From positions 29,388,001 to 29,452,000 of the forward strand of contig CAIIXF020000001.1 in assembly GCA_903813345.2 (NCBI GenBank): a stretch of DNA of 64,000 bases. The letters run 5' to 3'. A program made the position numbers and the translations under genes. This DNA is from Owenia fusiformis. Its lineage: Eukaryota. Shown here piece by piece: positions 40,001 to 52,085 of this stretch. Below the pieces are notes generated by a model. That model searched no databases. It was not told the DNA's origin and saw nothing but the letters and a program-made list of their open reading frames with translations. The stretch's first letter is position 1. Every line of letters starts with the position of its first letter.

Positions 40001-42751
40001 ATTGGACATGGAAACTCCATTGATTCTGATAACGCAGAGTATAACCAGATTCTAGGGTTTTGAACTTTTAGATATTCTCTAAATCAATAATTTTGCCATA
40101 ATTTAATCGCGGACTATTGTGACAGTATTTCTATTGTTTTACATGAACCTGAATTGTTTTTCATTTTTCTTACATATGAACTCCCTTTGTTGTCATATAA
40201 GCATATAGGCACTTTAATAATATAGCATAATATAAGTATTAACTGGACTCGACCTGGTCAAATGTGTAACCCTGCATATTAAGATTCTATGTGGTGATGT
40301 GTAACATGGAAGGAGCATCAAATACAGCAATGTTCCTTTTTGTGTGATTTTAAATGCGTTCAAAATATGTTCACGTCAATCATAAATAAAATTCAGACTA
40401 TACAGAATAGAGTCTAATCCTATACTCCCTCCTATTAATGAAATATATGTCTAGTCAATAAATGTCTAGTTAAATAAGTGTACATTGTATATCTCTATTG
40501 TGCCAAATAAAATCGAGATTTGGGATTGAAAACAAGTATTCTTTAGATGGCAAAAGCTCAAGGGTGAGCACTGTGCTCTACATCAATGGCACATAAACTA
40601 CTCATTAGAGGTTATCATTAGTTTTCATTACAGTTATTAGATGACTTACAATGATGGGTGTTCACATAAGAAACCAAAAAGATGACTTTTTGAACTTTCG
40701 TTAAAAATGTTGGATCAACAATTATGTATTTATAAGGCAAGTTGATAGCACTGCATTTTTTATATAAACAAACCTAATGAAATAATACAACCTAGGTTCA
40801 AAAATGTAAAATAACAAAGTAAACTTAAATTATAAGACACAATAAATCTTGTATGATGTTAATATCTTGGAGGTTTTGCTGAATTCAGGGTGATAATTCA
40901 ACCAATCTTCACACATTCAGGGCTTCAATGATTTCTTTAAAGGATATCTCTCACCTTTTTATTAAGGTATCATATCATATTTTCAAGAGCATTGTGTATT
41001 CTACCAAAAAATTGCTTTATACCAGAAGGAAAAAATATGGGTGTTGCTAAATTGAATAATGCATGTCAGTATGATGTACTTCATTAAAATAGATGAATCC
41101 TGATCCATTTTAGTATAACAAGGCCCTGAGTATGTGAATATGGTCAGACCTGATTTTACAGTATACCTGAAAATCCAGGAAAACTGGCTGCACTGTACAA
41201 GCAAGTGCTCCTAAGCTTCTCAAATTAGGGGACAAATTCAAAATGCAAATTCAAATGTATATTTTATTTAATTCAGAACATCTGGAATTATGAACCAGGA
41301 TAATGTAAACCGTTCAAATGTGGAATACAATGAACCCTCACCAGAATTTTGGCAAATGCACATTTTGTATTTTATAGTTGGTTGTGACATACATCTGAGT
41401 TTACATTGAGAAAGACATCTGATCCAAATGAACCAGTTGAAACTAATGCGCAGATACCTACTGCAGCAATTGGGTTTATATTAGGGAGCATTGCATGACA
41501 TCACAATGATCACCTCAACTTTTCAAACAATGAATGACTATTAAATTCTAATTATTCATGACAGAGAACATCTGATCAGAATAGAACATTATTTGTGTCA
41601 AAATGTCAGGCTGAAGTGTATCACCATTTTTTAATATCTTTCTTTTTGAAGTTGACAAAGCATTTTTGTTGATTGACCATGAGACAAACTGCAATTGTTT
41701 GAGTTAAATCATCATAAATTCAGACACATTTCTTTATATCTTGGGAAGCAGTTTGAAACATTGAGATGATCTTAAAAAAAATTTAAGTGGTTACCAGACC
41801 TGGGGCTCTGTGTCCTACCAATACATATATCACATGTAGTTATACATATATCACACTAAATGTACAAACCCATCCTTGAAAATTAACTCTACATGGGTCT
41901 TATCATTGAGTTCTCAAATAAACAGAGGTCTGCACTCCTAAATCTATAAAGTCTACCATTCTCAATAGCCACACATATTTCTTCTGAGTGACTAAAAAAT
42001 TAGAGACTATTTCTAGTTTATATTACAGTAGGAGGGTGTAAGGCTTGATTTAGGACGTCTGATTCTCATTAGAGCCTGGCTTGCACTCACATTAGATTAT
42101 CTTTGACACTATAATTAACAAAAACAATCCATCATTTTTGTATTTTTTTGCAAGTTGTGTTAGATACACAGACCCCCAGTTATGCATAATTGCTCACAGG
42201 TTTCCATATGTCATTTATCTAACATTTTGACAACTTGGGACAATTTATCTGAGCTATGAAGATTTCTTCTAAGCTCCTTGTTTTCAGACTTTATAGAATG
42301 AAAAATAAATTTTGATATTCAATTTTTCATTTTCATAAAGAACAGTTAAACGATGAATTACCAGTAATATGACACGTACTAGACTGTCAAATGCACCAGA
42401 TAAGAAATGAAAGAGAACAGGTAACTATAGAGAATTATAGGTTGTGTTAAATTTCTCTTGAATGACACTGCTGTTTTTGTAGATTGTATTTAGGGAACTG
42501 TAGTATAAAAGTCCTGACTATGCTAACTTATAGGGGTATACTAATGTGAAAACATGAATGTCTTACAAGACGATTGACAAATGAAAAAACAAACAAGACT
42601 TTAAAAAATCACTTGTTTAAAGTGATTAAGACAAGTGTCTGAAACATGTAGGAGGTGTGTGTTTGTACATAATAAAGAGTGATCCCATATATATGTGCAT
42701 TATACAGTGCCATATAACGTAAGACATAGAGACAATAAACATATGACCTAC

Positions 42752-42903
42752 CTGCAAGAGGCCTAAATGTAAATCCCTTCTGTGTGACTGGGTATGTATC
42801 CACGAACCCTCTTTGTAAAGCTGAATTGATCCTTTCAAATAACACGGGCCTGTTGTAATATCCTTTTGTTCCTAGATCTAAAGTGACTATGAGACTCCCA
42901 GGT
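42752..42903 (-). CDS. HSPG2: Exon 4, SEA domain C-half (PGSLIVTLDLGTKGYYNRPVLFERINSALQRGFVDTYPVTQKGFTFRPLA)
   Basis: cattttcag acceptor, GTAGGT donor, phase 2 in and 1 out; within ORF 42609-42920. Confidence 0.9.
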
Positions 42904-42956
42904 CTGAAAATGAAAAGCAAAATGGATCAAACCTTGTAAAGAGGAGATCAGCCTTA

Positions 42957-44458
42957 AGGCCCGGTCACACCGCCTAAACGTTGCTGGAGCATTCCTTGAA
43001 CGTTGAAAAAAATCATCAACGCTCGTAAACGTTCACCACCGTTTAACAAAAGTTGGCATCCGTTAAAGCAACGCTGTAAACGCTCGGCCAACGCGGATGT
43101 TTCTCGAGTGGCCATCCTAACGCTCCAAAAGTTTTGAGCTGCTCAAAATATTGCGAGCGTTGAAAAGGAACAATTTTACGCCCTGACAAAGTTTATCACC
43201 GCTCCACCAACGCCCAGTCAAAGTTTGGCACCGCTAGACGCAAGTTTGTGGACGCTTGAATCCGCTAGACCAACGCAGAAATCTTAAACGCTGGACCACC
43301 GCTGCTTCACCAGCGTTGCCCGGGCGGCGATTAAACGTTGCACAAACGTCGGTGGAGCGGTTGTTAGCGTTTTATCAGCGTACACGGGGTTGTTGGAACG
43401 GTGTCGGACGTTGTCGCAGCGTTCCATGGCGGCGATGAACTTTGCTTTGGCGTTGGTATAGGTGTCGGAGCGGGACCAGAATTTAGCTATAAATACGTGG
43501 AGAAATGCACCACTGTGTAGAACACTGTGGAGACACTTGTGCATTTTACATTTGATATATATTCATGTCTGGCATTTCAATTTTTTGCATTGTAAATTCC
43601 TAAATTAAGCGCTCAAAGTTTGTGATTTTGGATTTTAAAAAGGTGAATTGTGCGATTTTTGTTTTTCATTAAATGTTAATACAAATAGACTTTTACTGAG
43701 ACCTTTATTCAAATATAGTATATACCTAGTGTTTTCACGTCAAGCAATTCAATAAATTATCTGTGAATTTTCTGCGCAGCTTGTAAAATGTTGCACTCGT
43801 CATGGTACTAGTATTATATAAAAAGTTGATGCGCGCACAGCAATGCAAAAATTTGTCATGCATCATGATTATTACTTTGCTGTAAATGTTATTTGACATT
43901 GTTAAAGCAATTTGAACGTAAATCGGTTCCAAGTAATGGAAATGCAACGATTAAATTGTGATATGTTTGTTTGAAATGATATGAGAGATTATTAAAGAAA
44001 ATTGTAATGTTATTCATTCTTAATGTCATATTACATTAATAGAAGCACTTTAGATTTAAAACATTTCTTCTTTAATCCTTGAAGGACTTTTGTTAAAGTT
44101 ACAAATTCCAATAAAGGTCTTTACTCTTAAACACTTCCCACTTGAAATAATTTCCCAGTAGTCAAACGCGATATGCTGCTAAACCAACGCTGCTGCTATT
44201 TATACCCCCGCCGAGGCAACGCTCTCATGCGCAGAACGCCGCTATACCAACGCTCGCATTACCGCTAAACAAACGCTAGCTACCGCTCGCAACCGCTTAA
44301 CCAACGCTAAAGCAACGCCGGCTTCAGCGGTGCACCGCTAAGCCAACGCCCGTGTTTTTGTTTTTTTTTCCCCATTTTGTGCGCGTTGACGAGCGTTGAT
44401 GAATTTTTTCAACGTTCAAGGAACGCTCCAGCAACGTCCGGGCGGTGTGACCGGGCCT
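42957..44458. mobile_element. Non-autonomous PIF/Harbinger-like DNA transposon (1502 bp)
   Basis: About 75-bp terminal inverted repeats AGGCCCGGTCACACCGCC...CATCAACGCTCGT; TTA TSD at 42954-42956 and 44459-44461; CpG-rich subterminal AACGC/ACCGC repeats; no transposase ORF. Confidence 0.88.
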
Positions 44459-44690
44459 TTAAAGCAAGAAATCCACTCATCTTATACAAAATGAAGCTAG
44501 ATTTGGAAATATAGTGTCTATACATCAACTAAAAAGAATGACATTCACTCAAATGCATCCTTGGTCCAAGAGTATTCCAATTCATTCCATATGAGCTGTG
44601 ACAGTGAATGCCTGATCTTGAAGGTTGCACAAATGGTAATATACTGTAAAATTGTTCTTCTTATGAGGTAACATTGAATTTTATACTCAC

Positions 44691-44856
44691 CTAAATTGTA
44701 TGATATTGCAGACTTGTTCCCCTGGTATCTGAGTATATAAAGTAAGAATGGCCCGACAGAGCTCGTTGGCTAACTCCCGAAAACGGTAGCTATCTCTGTT
44801 TCCTAAGTCAGACTCCCATTTAAGTGAGGTAAAGTTTAATGTAACCCGGAAATATT
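44691..44856 (-). CDS. HSPG2: Exon 3, SEA domain N-half (EYFRVTLNFTSLKWESDLGNRDSYRFRELANELCRAILTLYTQIPGEQVCNIIQFR)
   Basis: ttttattttcag acceptor, GTGAGT donor, phase 1 in and 2 out; typical SEA pattern. Not in the ORF track; translated by hand. Confidence 0.9.
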
Positions 44857-46719
44857 CTGAAAATAAAAAGAAATAAAGTGTTAAATCTTTCGATAATAAA
44901 TTAAATGATAATTTGTTTTATTGTTATGACTCATCTTAAAAGGCAGGCCTAATAATGAAAAAATAAGAGGGACATTCAAGGCTATTAAAACAGCCTACTA
45001 TAAATAGAACATGTACACAGATATCTACAAACTTACATGTATTTTAGGACACCCCATACTTAAAAAATAGATGGTTTTAGAAACCTTGGAAAATTGTACC
45101 CATTTGGTTCTAAATCATTAATAGTTAACCTCAAACACAGTTGTGTTTATTTTTCCAACCCTTGGTTTACATGCATGTATTTATTACTGACCAAGGAAAT
45201 GGATAAACTTAATTTAAGGTAAAGAGTTACAGATGGAAGCAAAATGGTATTTTAGCCAAGAGGGGCTTGAAAAATATCCCTTAATTTCAAAATCTGATTT
45301 CTGTTATTTCTCAAATTCTTACAATCGCTGTATCATATTTCAAGAAATTGCAGAAATCTTACTAAATATCATAGGTGAAAGGATTATACTTTGAATTAAT
45401 GATTTTTCTATTCATATGTCCTAATAACTCTTACTACATTTAACCACTTGTTATTTTCAGTCAGGAAATAAGGTTTTGATGAAATGGCAGACTGGTGATA
45501 GATGAAGACTAATTGAACATATTTTCTATTTATCCTTCCAAAAATAAAAAATGATAGCTCTACCTTTTACATAAAACATAGAAAAGACATGACACGATTG
45601 GGATCAGTCTATATACAGTGTATTAAGATGGTGGGTCAAGTGGTATGGCTTTTGAACCTGGTAGCGCATGATGTCAGCATTACATGTAAAAGTTCCAATT
45701 AAGATCACCAGATCTCAAGTGCTGATCACGTCATGCCTTACTATACTTATAAACTGCCATAGAACCTATATACTCCATTTGTTAATAGTTTGACGCATTT
45801 AATGCAATCATTAGTTTGTAATTGTTCAAATGCTGAATGCTGTCATGTCAACCTATCTTATTCAAAAGGCCCATTCAATAGTTTATGTCAGATACTGGGG
45901 AAAAGTTGACATTTGAGTTGTTGAAAGCTTGAATATGTGAAGAATTAAAAATTATATCTGATTTTATATCTTCTCTCATTATCTGGCAATCGAAATAAAG
46001 TTGCTGAGGTAACCATTTTGAAACCATAATGACCCCCAGAAGATTGGAAACCAAACAACCCCAAGAAACTTGTAATTATGCAACATCATGTGTATGACCA
46101 TAACTAATAAACATGATAATCAAGAGGCTTTTTAATATACAAACAATGTGAAAAAATAAATTAATTGAAAATGTATTTCTGTAAGAGATCATTGGCCAGG
46201 TTTATATAGGGCTTGACCACTTACATTACCTTGATAGCACTACACCTAGAAATACCTCCCTGTAAGCAGTATAGTCTAGTGTAGAATATGAAGTGCACAG
46301 TTGGACCATTTTTGGGCCAAAAAATCAACATCAACTGTACTCCATAGTTAAGTAGTTTAAACCATCTATTTCGTTCACCAGTTTAAAACATAAGCTAATC
46401 CCCAACAATATCCCAATTATTAGCCAATATCTGTGCCGATTTCAACAAAACTGGAAAAGCTCCTATGTTTCAAATTTAAAATAACTCCATGGAGTAGCAA
46501 ATCCCACTGAAAAAACATTTAATTAAATTATGTGATAGAAATAACCAGGAAATAGAATAGTATTGTTTTCTTTTGGGAAAATCTACACCCATTATGTGAC
46601 ATGATGCCATATATTAAATTCTTTCTTGAACAGAGGTCTTATAACCATAAATAAGTGTATAAAAGTTGGACCAAATTCCATAATTTGATCCATAAATGGT
46701 ATCTAAGTTATCAAAAATT

Positions 46720-47045
46720 ATATTTTTTATGATAAATGGCTTTCCATTTTGAAATTCAGTGGTCACCTTGAACATTTCTTCTTAACCGGATCTCCTATGT
46801 CCATAGTCAACAGCAACGAACTGGTATTTGAGTTATCCAAGATTATATTCTTTTACAAAAAAGTGACAATTTGAACTGAGCTGCCATATTGGGGATATTC
46901 CTTCTTGAGCATAGGTCCTACATTCATAAATATAAGCGTAAAAAATTTGAACCTAATCCGTTAACTGGTATTTGAGATATTGCCTGGACAAACAAACAGA
47001 TGGAAGAACGGACAGACAAAGAAGTTGTCCTACAAACTTTGTCCG
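46720..47045. repeat. Decayed interspersed repeat, possibly Helentron/HINE-type
   Basis: TGAGATATTGC...GACAAACAAACAGATGGAAGAACGGACAGAC tract resembles the GACA/ACGG microsatellite ends of bivalve HINE-like repeats; resemblance only. Confidence 0.35.
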
Positions 47046-48924
47046 AGAGGAAAATAAATGTATACAGCCTGGCATTTCACTCATACAATAGTAAACTGAC
47101 TTTTGGACAATTAGAATGTGATCAATGAAATCAAATAATTTTACAATCCATATACACTTATCATACATAATAATAAACGCACTTCACAGATATTTTATCA
47201 ACTTTTGATTCAAGACTTCAAACATTTCAAAGATAGTAGCAAGATAAATATGGCGTTATTCAATGTTATAATCATGTAACATGGTGAGCACATATCAGAA
47301 AAATATGGTCAAGAACTCAATTGGCACATATGAGGCAAGTCCAGAAATGATCTTTTAAAATGTCCAATAAAATATCTTTTATGACAATGATTATATGACT
47401 TCGTACATTTCTTCTAAGAAAGGTGGTTCTAAGAAAGGTGGGAATGCTGCCCTAATTGTTTATACTGTACCTGCCTCCAGTGCTTGTTCAGGGTAAGAAA
47501 ATCACAAACAAAATGTTACCTAAATTACTGTTGCAACATTAAACAAGCAAGCGCTGGAAGGAATATTCGTGGTACAATTTCAGCTGAGTAGCCTTTGATC
47601 CACAGCTAAACATAGTCAGCTGTGATGAGAAAGGTATATTCTATATGCACCTTACTGTTGGTACAGGTAAGCCAAATCATTGTAACATCCATTGGCTTAT
47701 TCAAGCAAACTCATGACGTTTCAATCCATAAAAGAGGACGGAAACCAGCTTACAGATTCAGATGTCAACTTCCTATTACATTTAGAAACTGAGATGAGAC
47801 GTCCAAGGTAAACTGATAAACTGAGAATGAACTGGGAAGCTAAGATTGTGAACCCAAATGAGAGTTAAATTGGTTATATAATAGTTTGCAAGCTCAGGTT
47901 TGGACATGAGGTTTTGCCATATTGTGCCTAAACACTTTATATTAAGTCCCTTGGTTAGATCTATATTTTCACATACGGTAGCTTTTACCCAAAGCTAAAC
48001 TTGCCACATCATCCTTATTTTTTCTACCTTGATACTACTGTATATATTCCTGCCAAGTATAAACTAAAGCGACCAGTTGCTTATGCAGACATCATATCCA
48101 TTTGTAGATAAAAATTATATCACTCAGAAATCAATGTACAAGATGTTTATGAGGAAAAAACAATAAAAATATGTTAATTATAAAACCAATTTCTTTTACA
48201 AAACCACGTTTTTCTAGTTTTAATGAATCTCTCTTGAACAAGTTATAAAATACTTGAGGAAGGAAACTGCCTGGTAGAGTGATTGCTATGATTGGTGTGA
48301 TTGGTAGGTACTTCAGACAATTCTTGCCAGGAAGCAAGAACTCCAGTGGTTTTAGAATCCAAAATGTACTCTTGAGAGTGAAAGGTCAATTAGAGGGGGT
48401 TTACAATCTAAGTGATTCCCTTTAGAAAAATCTTCATTTTCTTATGAAACTCATTAAAACATTGATTTCAACTTAATGACCATTGATTCATTTGTCTGAA
48501 CACAAAAACTGACACATTATTTGAAGGAGTAAATATTGTAGAAAATGTTACTCAAAACAGAAAGGTTATGGTGTATATTTATCTGTCTCCAGTAGGTGTG
48601 ATAAGAATCTCAGCTAATCAGTAGAAACCTAAAACCCTTTACCCCTGAAAAGCTCTTGCTGATAAATTCTTTACCAGTTCAACATCCTTTTTGAATAAAA
48701 GCAGATCCCGAATGAAATATCAATAGGAATATGTATGGTAGAAATAACAAATGAATTCTCCAGTTCTTTAAAATGGAAACTGAACCTATCAACAGTCAGG
48801 ATATCTTGTTCTCTGGTTTATTTAACAAATTGTTTGACTTTGCAGAGAGAGAAAGAGAGAGTGAGTCAGTGCTTCTGTATGTAGAAAGGACTAGCCACTT
48901 GTATGAATATTCCTGGCTCAAAGC

Positions 48925-49105
48925 AGCATTTTCTCAACTACTAATTCAGCCTCTTCAGACCATCAGTCTGAGAATCAGGATTTCTCCAAACCACTTGCCT
49001 TTTCAGGCCAGAATCAGCATTTTCTTAAATACAAACATTTTCAGCCCAGACATTTTCCATGGTTCTAGCCCTTTCAGACCAGAATCAGAATTTCTCCAAC
49101 TACTA
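48925..49105. repeat. Degenerate tandem repeat
   Basis: Recurrent TTCAGACCAGAATCAG and ATTTCTC(C)AACTACTA modules. Confidence 0.6.
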
Positions 49106-49146
49106 GTATTTATTCTAATGTTCTTCACATTTTTCTACCTTGCATC

Positions 49147-49524
49147 TACCCTGCGTGCAGAGTCTAGTTAAACTACACTCTGCCTAGTAGAGACCATATT
49201 ACAGTTTAGTAGCCCCGCCCCCACGACGGGTACCGGTGACAGTTTGGGTAATAAATCACTTCTGACCTACGAGCTGACCTTTCTTCCACCAGTCAGCGAG
49301 CTTGAAGAAACATACGCCAAATGCCTTCTAATTAAATATGCGCATGCCATTGGTCAATTCCGGGCTCAACGATGACGTAAGAAGGAATGACCATATATAG
49401 AACGTCGGTCAAATTTGGCCGACGAACACTGATTGGCGCGGTGAGTTCACAGGTTTATTTTAGTTTGAAAGAGTGAAGACGAAGCTCTCTTTTAAGAAGT
49501 GAAGTCAAACGAATGCAAAGGGTA
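49147..49524. mobile_element. Short non-autonomous DNA element with 9-bp TSD (AcademH-like, tentative)
   Basis: CpG-rich 378-bp block bounded by TACCCT...AGGGTA and flanked by CCTTGCATC at 49138-49146 and 49525-49533. Confidence 0.7.
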
Positions 49525-50255
49525 CCTTGCATCATAAATGCTTGTGAATACTAGTATTTTCAAAATTTTCCAACAACTAAATACCTTAACCAACATCAAC
49601 ATGATAAAAGCAGAAAAGGCAGATGGAACCCAGTTCTACATATCTGACAGTGTATTTGCAATGAACCAAAGTTCCACTGCTCAGTGGTGGATATACCCAA
49701 TGACTTCCCCAGCCTGGACTGGGTTAACCACAGGTACTGTAAAACTACTTCCTGGCACTTACTGTATAGAATATACTATGTAGATCCCAACATTCTGATC
49801 TCTCACAATAGGTAAATCGTGGTAACTGCTCAACTCAAGTCAAGAGAACATCTTGTGTTCCAAGGTACAAGCAATTAGAGACTTTACAATTAGAGATATA
49901 TGATGATCTTGGAGGAGATTTGGTAAGCCATAAAAATGGGGGTAATAAAAGAAAGTTTCAGACACAAAGAAAGATATCAATAATGTGCCCATATATTCAT
50001 TGAACCACAACATCTACTAATCAAACAAACAAATGAACATCAAACAAACAATGCTTGAGAAGAGTTTTAGTTTAGTTTTCCAGATAAACAGTAGCATACC
50101 AACTATGTTCAAGTGTCCACTTGAAGTTGTTCCCTTCTGGAATCACACTATGGAATGGTACACTTGGGAAAAGAATGCTATTAGAGATACCATAGCTGGA
50201 CCTTGATTGGATATTATCAAGAAGTCATCTCAGTTTGAAGACTAAACCCATCTTT

Positions 50256-51028
50256 CACCCCATGCAGACAGATCACCTAAAATTACATTCATATGATGTG
50301 AGACTCGACATTCACCAAGAAACTTGAAATAATTTGTCACCCATGAACAAATTAATTTTTTACTGCTTAATAAATGGTGAATGACAGTCACATTAAGTTC
50401 TATAAGCATGAGAATAGCATGACGTCTTGATATTTCAAGGTAACTCATTTGAAATGTGATGGCGGTGATTGAAATTACGATGTGTACATCACAAATCAAA
50501 TTTTCCGAAACAGAAAAAAATGAATAAATAGTTAGGCCTGCAAGTCCAATTCTCCATGGTAGCATTATCATTGGTCTCGTATATGTCATACAATTAATAT
50601 TTAAAACACAACTATTATTCAAACTTTTGATCGGACATTAGTATGATATTACTTACCTTGAAGTTTGAATAATAGTTGTGTTTCAAATATTAATTGTATG
50701 ACATACACGTGACCAATGTTAATGTTACAAGGGGGAATCGGACCTGTATATTTCTTGGTTTTTCAAAGAAATCCACAAATATTTCTTGACGGTTTTATCT
50801 TTACATTGTAAGCTCAATCAACGCAATCTCTATTCAAACGAGTAACCTTGATATCAAGACGTTGTGCTATTTTCATACTTTTAGAACTCAATGTGACTGT
50901 CATTCACCATTTATTAAGCAATAAAAATTAATTTGCTTCATGGGTGGCAAAATGGTTCTAGTTTCCTGGTGAATGTCGAGTCTCGCATCATACGAATGTA
51001 ATTTTAGGTGATCTGTCTGCATGGGGTG
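50256..51028. mobile_element. Foldback MITE, 773 bp, CAC...GTG termini, 5-bp TSD (TCTTT)
   Basis: Arms pair from CACCCCATGCAGACAGATCACCTAAAATTACATTC almost to a loop at about 50628-50660; TCTTT at 50251-50255 and 51029-51033. Confidence 0.88.
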
Positions 51029-51889
51029 TCTTTGCTACTCAGAGGAAGGGTCATATCATGTTAAAAAAACAATAAGATATGTTTAATTCTATATATGTTC
51101 CAATCAGGTGCTAGTACATTCTACACTGAGTAAATCTCAGCACTTGACTAGTGTGCCATAGACCAATACAATATTATACATGTATAGCAGTATCAATAGG
51201 TACATTTTACACTCTAATCACCATATGGTTTATCAGTTTTGTATGATTATTTTGTTATTCAAAGTCATCACATGTCAAAACAATTAGGGTCCTTGGCACA
51301 CGCTGATGCCTGATATACTAGAATCCTTGTGCCATATTTATATGGTACATTGTTTTGGTAATACATTTCTCTTATTTCCAAATTTTGCATCTGGGTTGTT
51401 TCATTATTTGAAGAATTCTCTCTCAGACATAAATGTTAATGTGACACTGTCTGTATTTATATAATCACTATTGTTGAGTAAAAACAAACATCTCACTTTC
51501 ATGCTTTAGGAGGGTTGTTGGAGGTATATTATATGACAACTTTCTTTTGACTAACTGTAAATTGGATAGGTGAAGATAGAGAGTGACTATTGACTAAAAT
51601 GGTTTCTACAACTTCAGAGACAAATGTTTTTGATTTCTAGAAGGAAGTGGATTCTTTTTTCAAATATTTTTTGAAATTCAAGATTTTACAGGAAGTCAGC
51701 CCTTTCACTGGTATCAAGCACAGGTGGTTATAAAGTCTGCAACAGCAGATGGAAAACATGCAATTTTCAGTGAAAATATAAAACTGGCGTGTTTGTGAAA
51801 ACCAGCAGGCAGATTTTGGCGGTTATATTTGCTAGCTGCCACTTTCAAATAAAAAGGCGGGAAGTGTATGTTGATATTGATGTACTTGC

Positions 51890-52085
51890 CTGGGTAGTCT
51901 ACTCCTAAAGTTGGCTCAAATGGAGACGGAGTGGTGGTCTCAAGTCCACTCCCCTCTTCATCTGGTCCAGAGCCAGGTTCATCTCCTTGAAGAAAGTCTT
52001 CATCATCTATTAAAGTAGGCTTATCAGCTAAGTTAGGCTTTTTAAGTGGCTCAACATCATTATCAGCAAATTCAAAGTCTTCTTT
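51890..52085 (-). CDS. HSPG2: Exon 2, acidic GAG-attachment region (KEDFEF...IDDEDFLQGDEPGSGPDEEGSGLETTT...DYP)
   Basis: ctttcag acceptor in phase 0; two Ser-Gly dipeptides in acidic context; ends CAG|GCAAGT (GC donor, phase 1). Confidence 0.85.

Noticed and set aside
27091-42751. Hidden exons, nested gene or recursive splice sites in the 15.7-kb intron
   Set aside because: No coding-like frame with splice sites and no polypyrimidine-YAG|GTRAG found by eye; very small exons cannot be excluded.
43256-43947. ORFs inside the Harbinger-like element
   Set aside because: Short, with no recognisable DDE transposase or Myb/SANT motifs.
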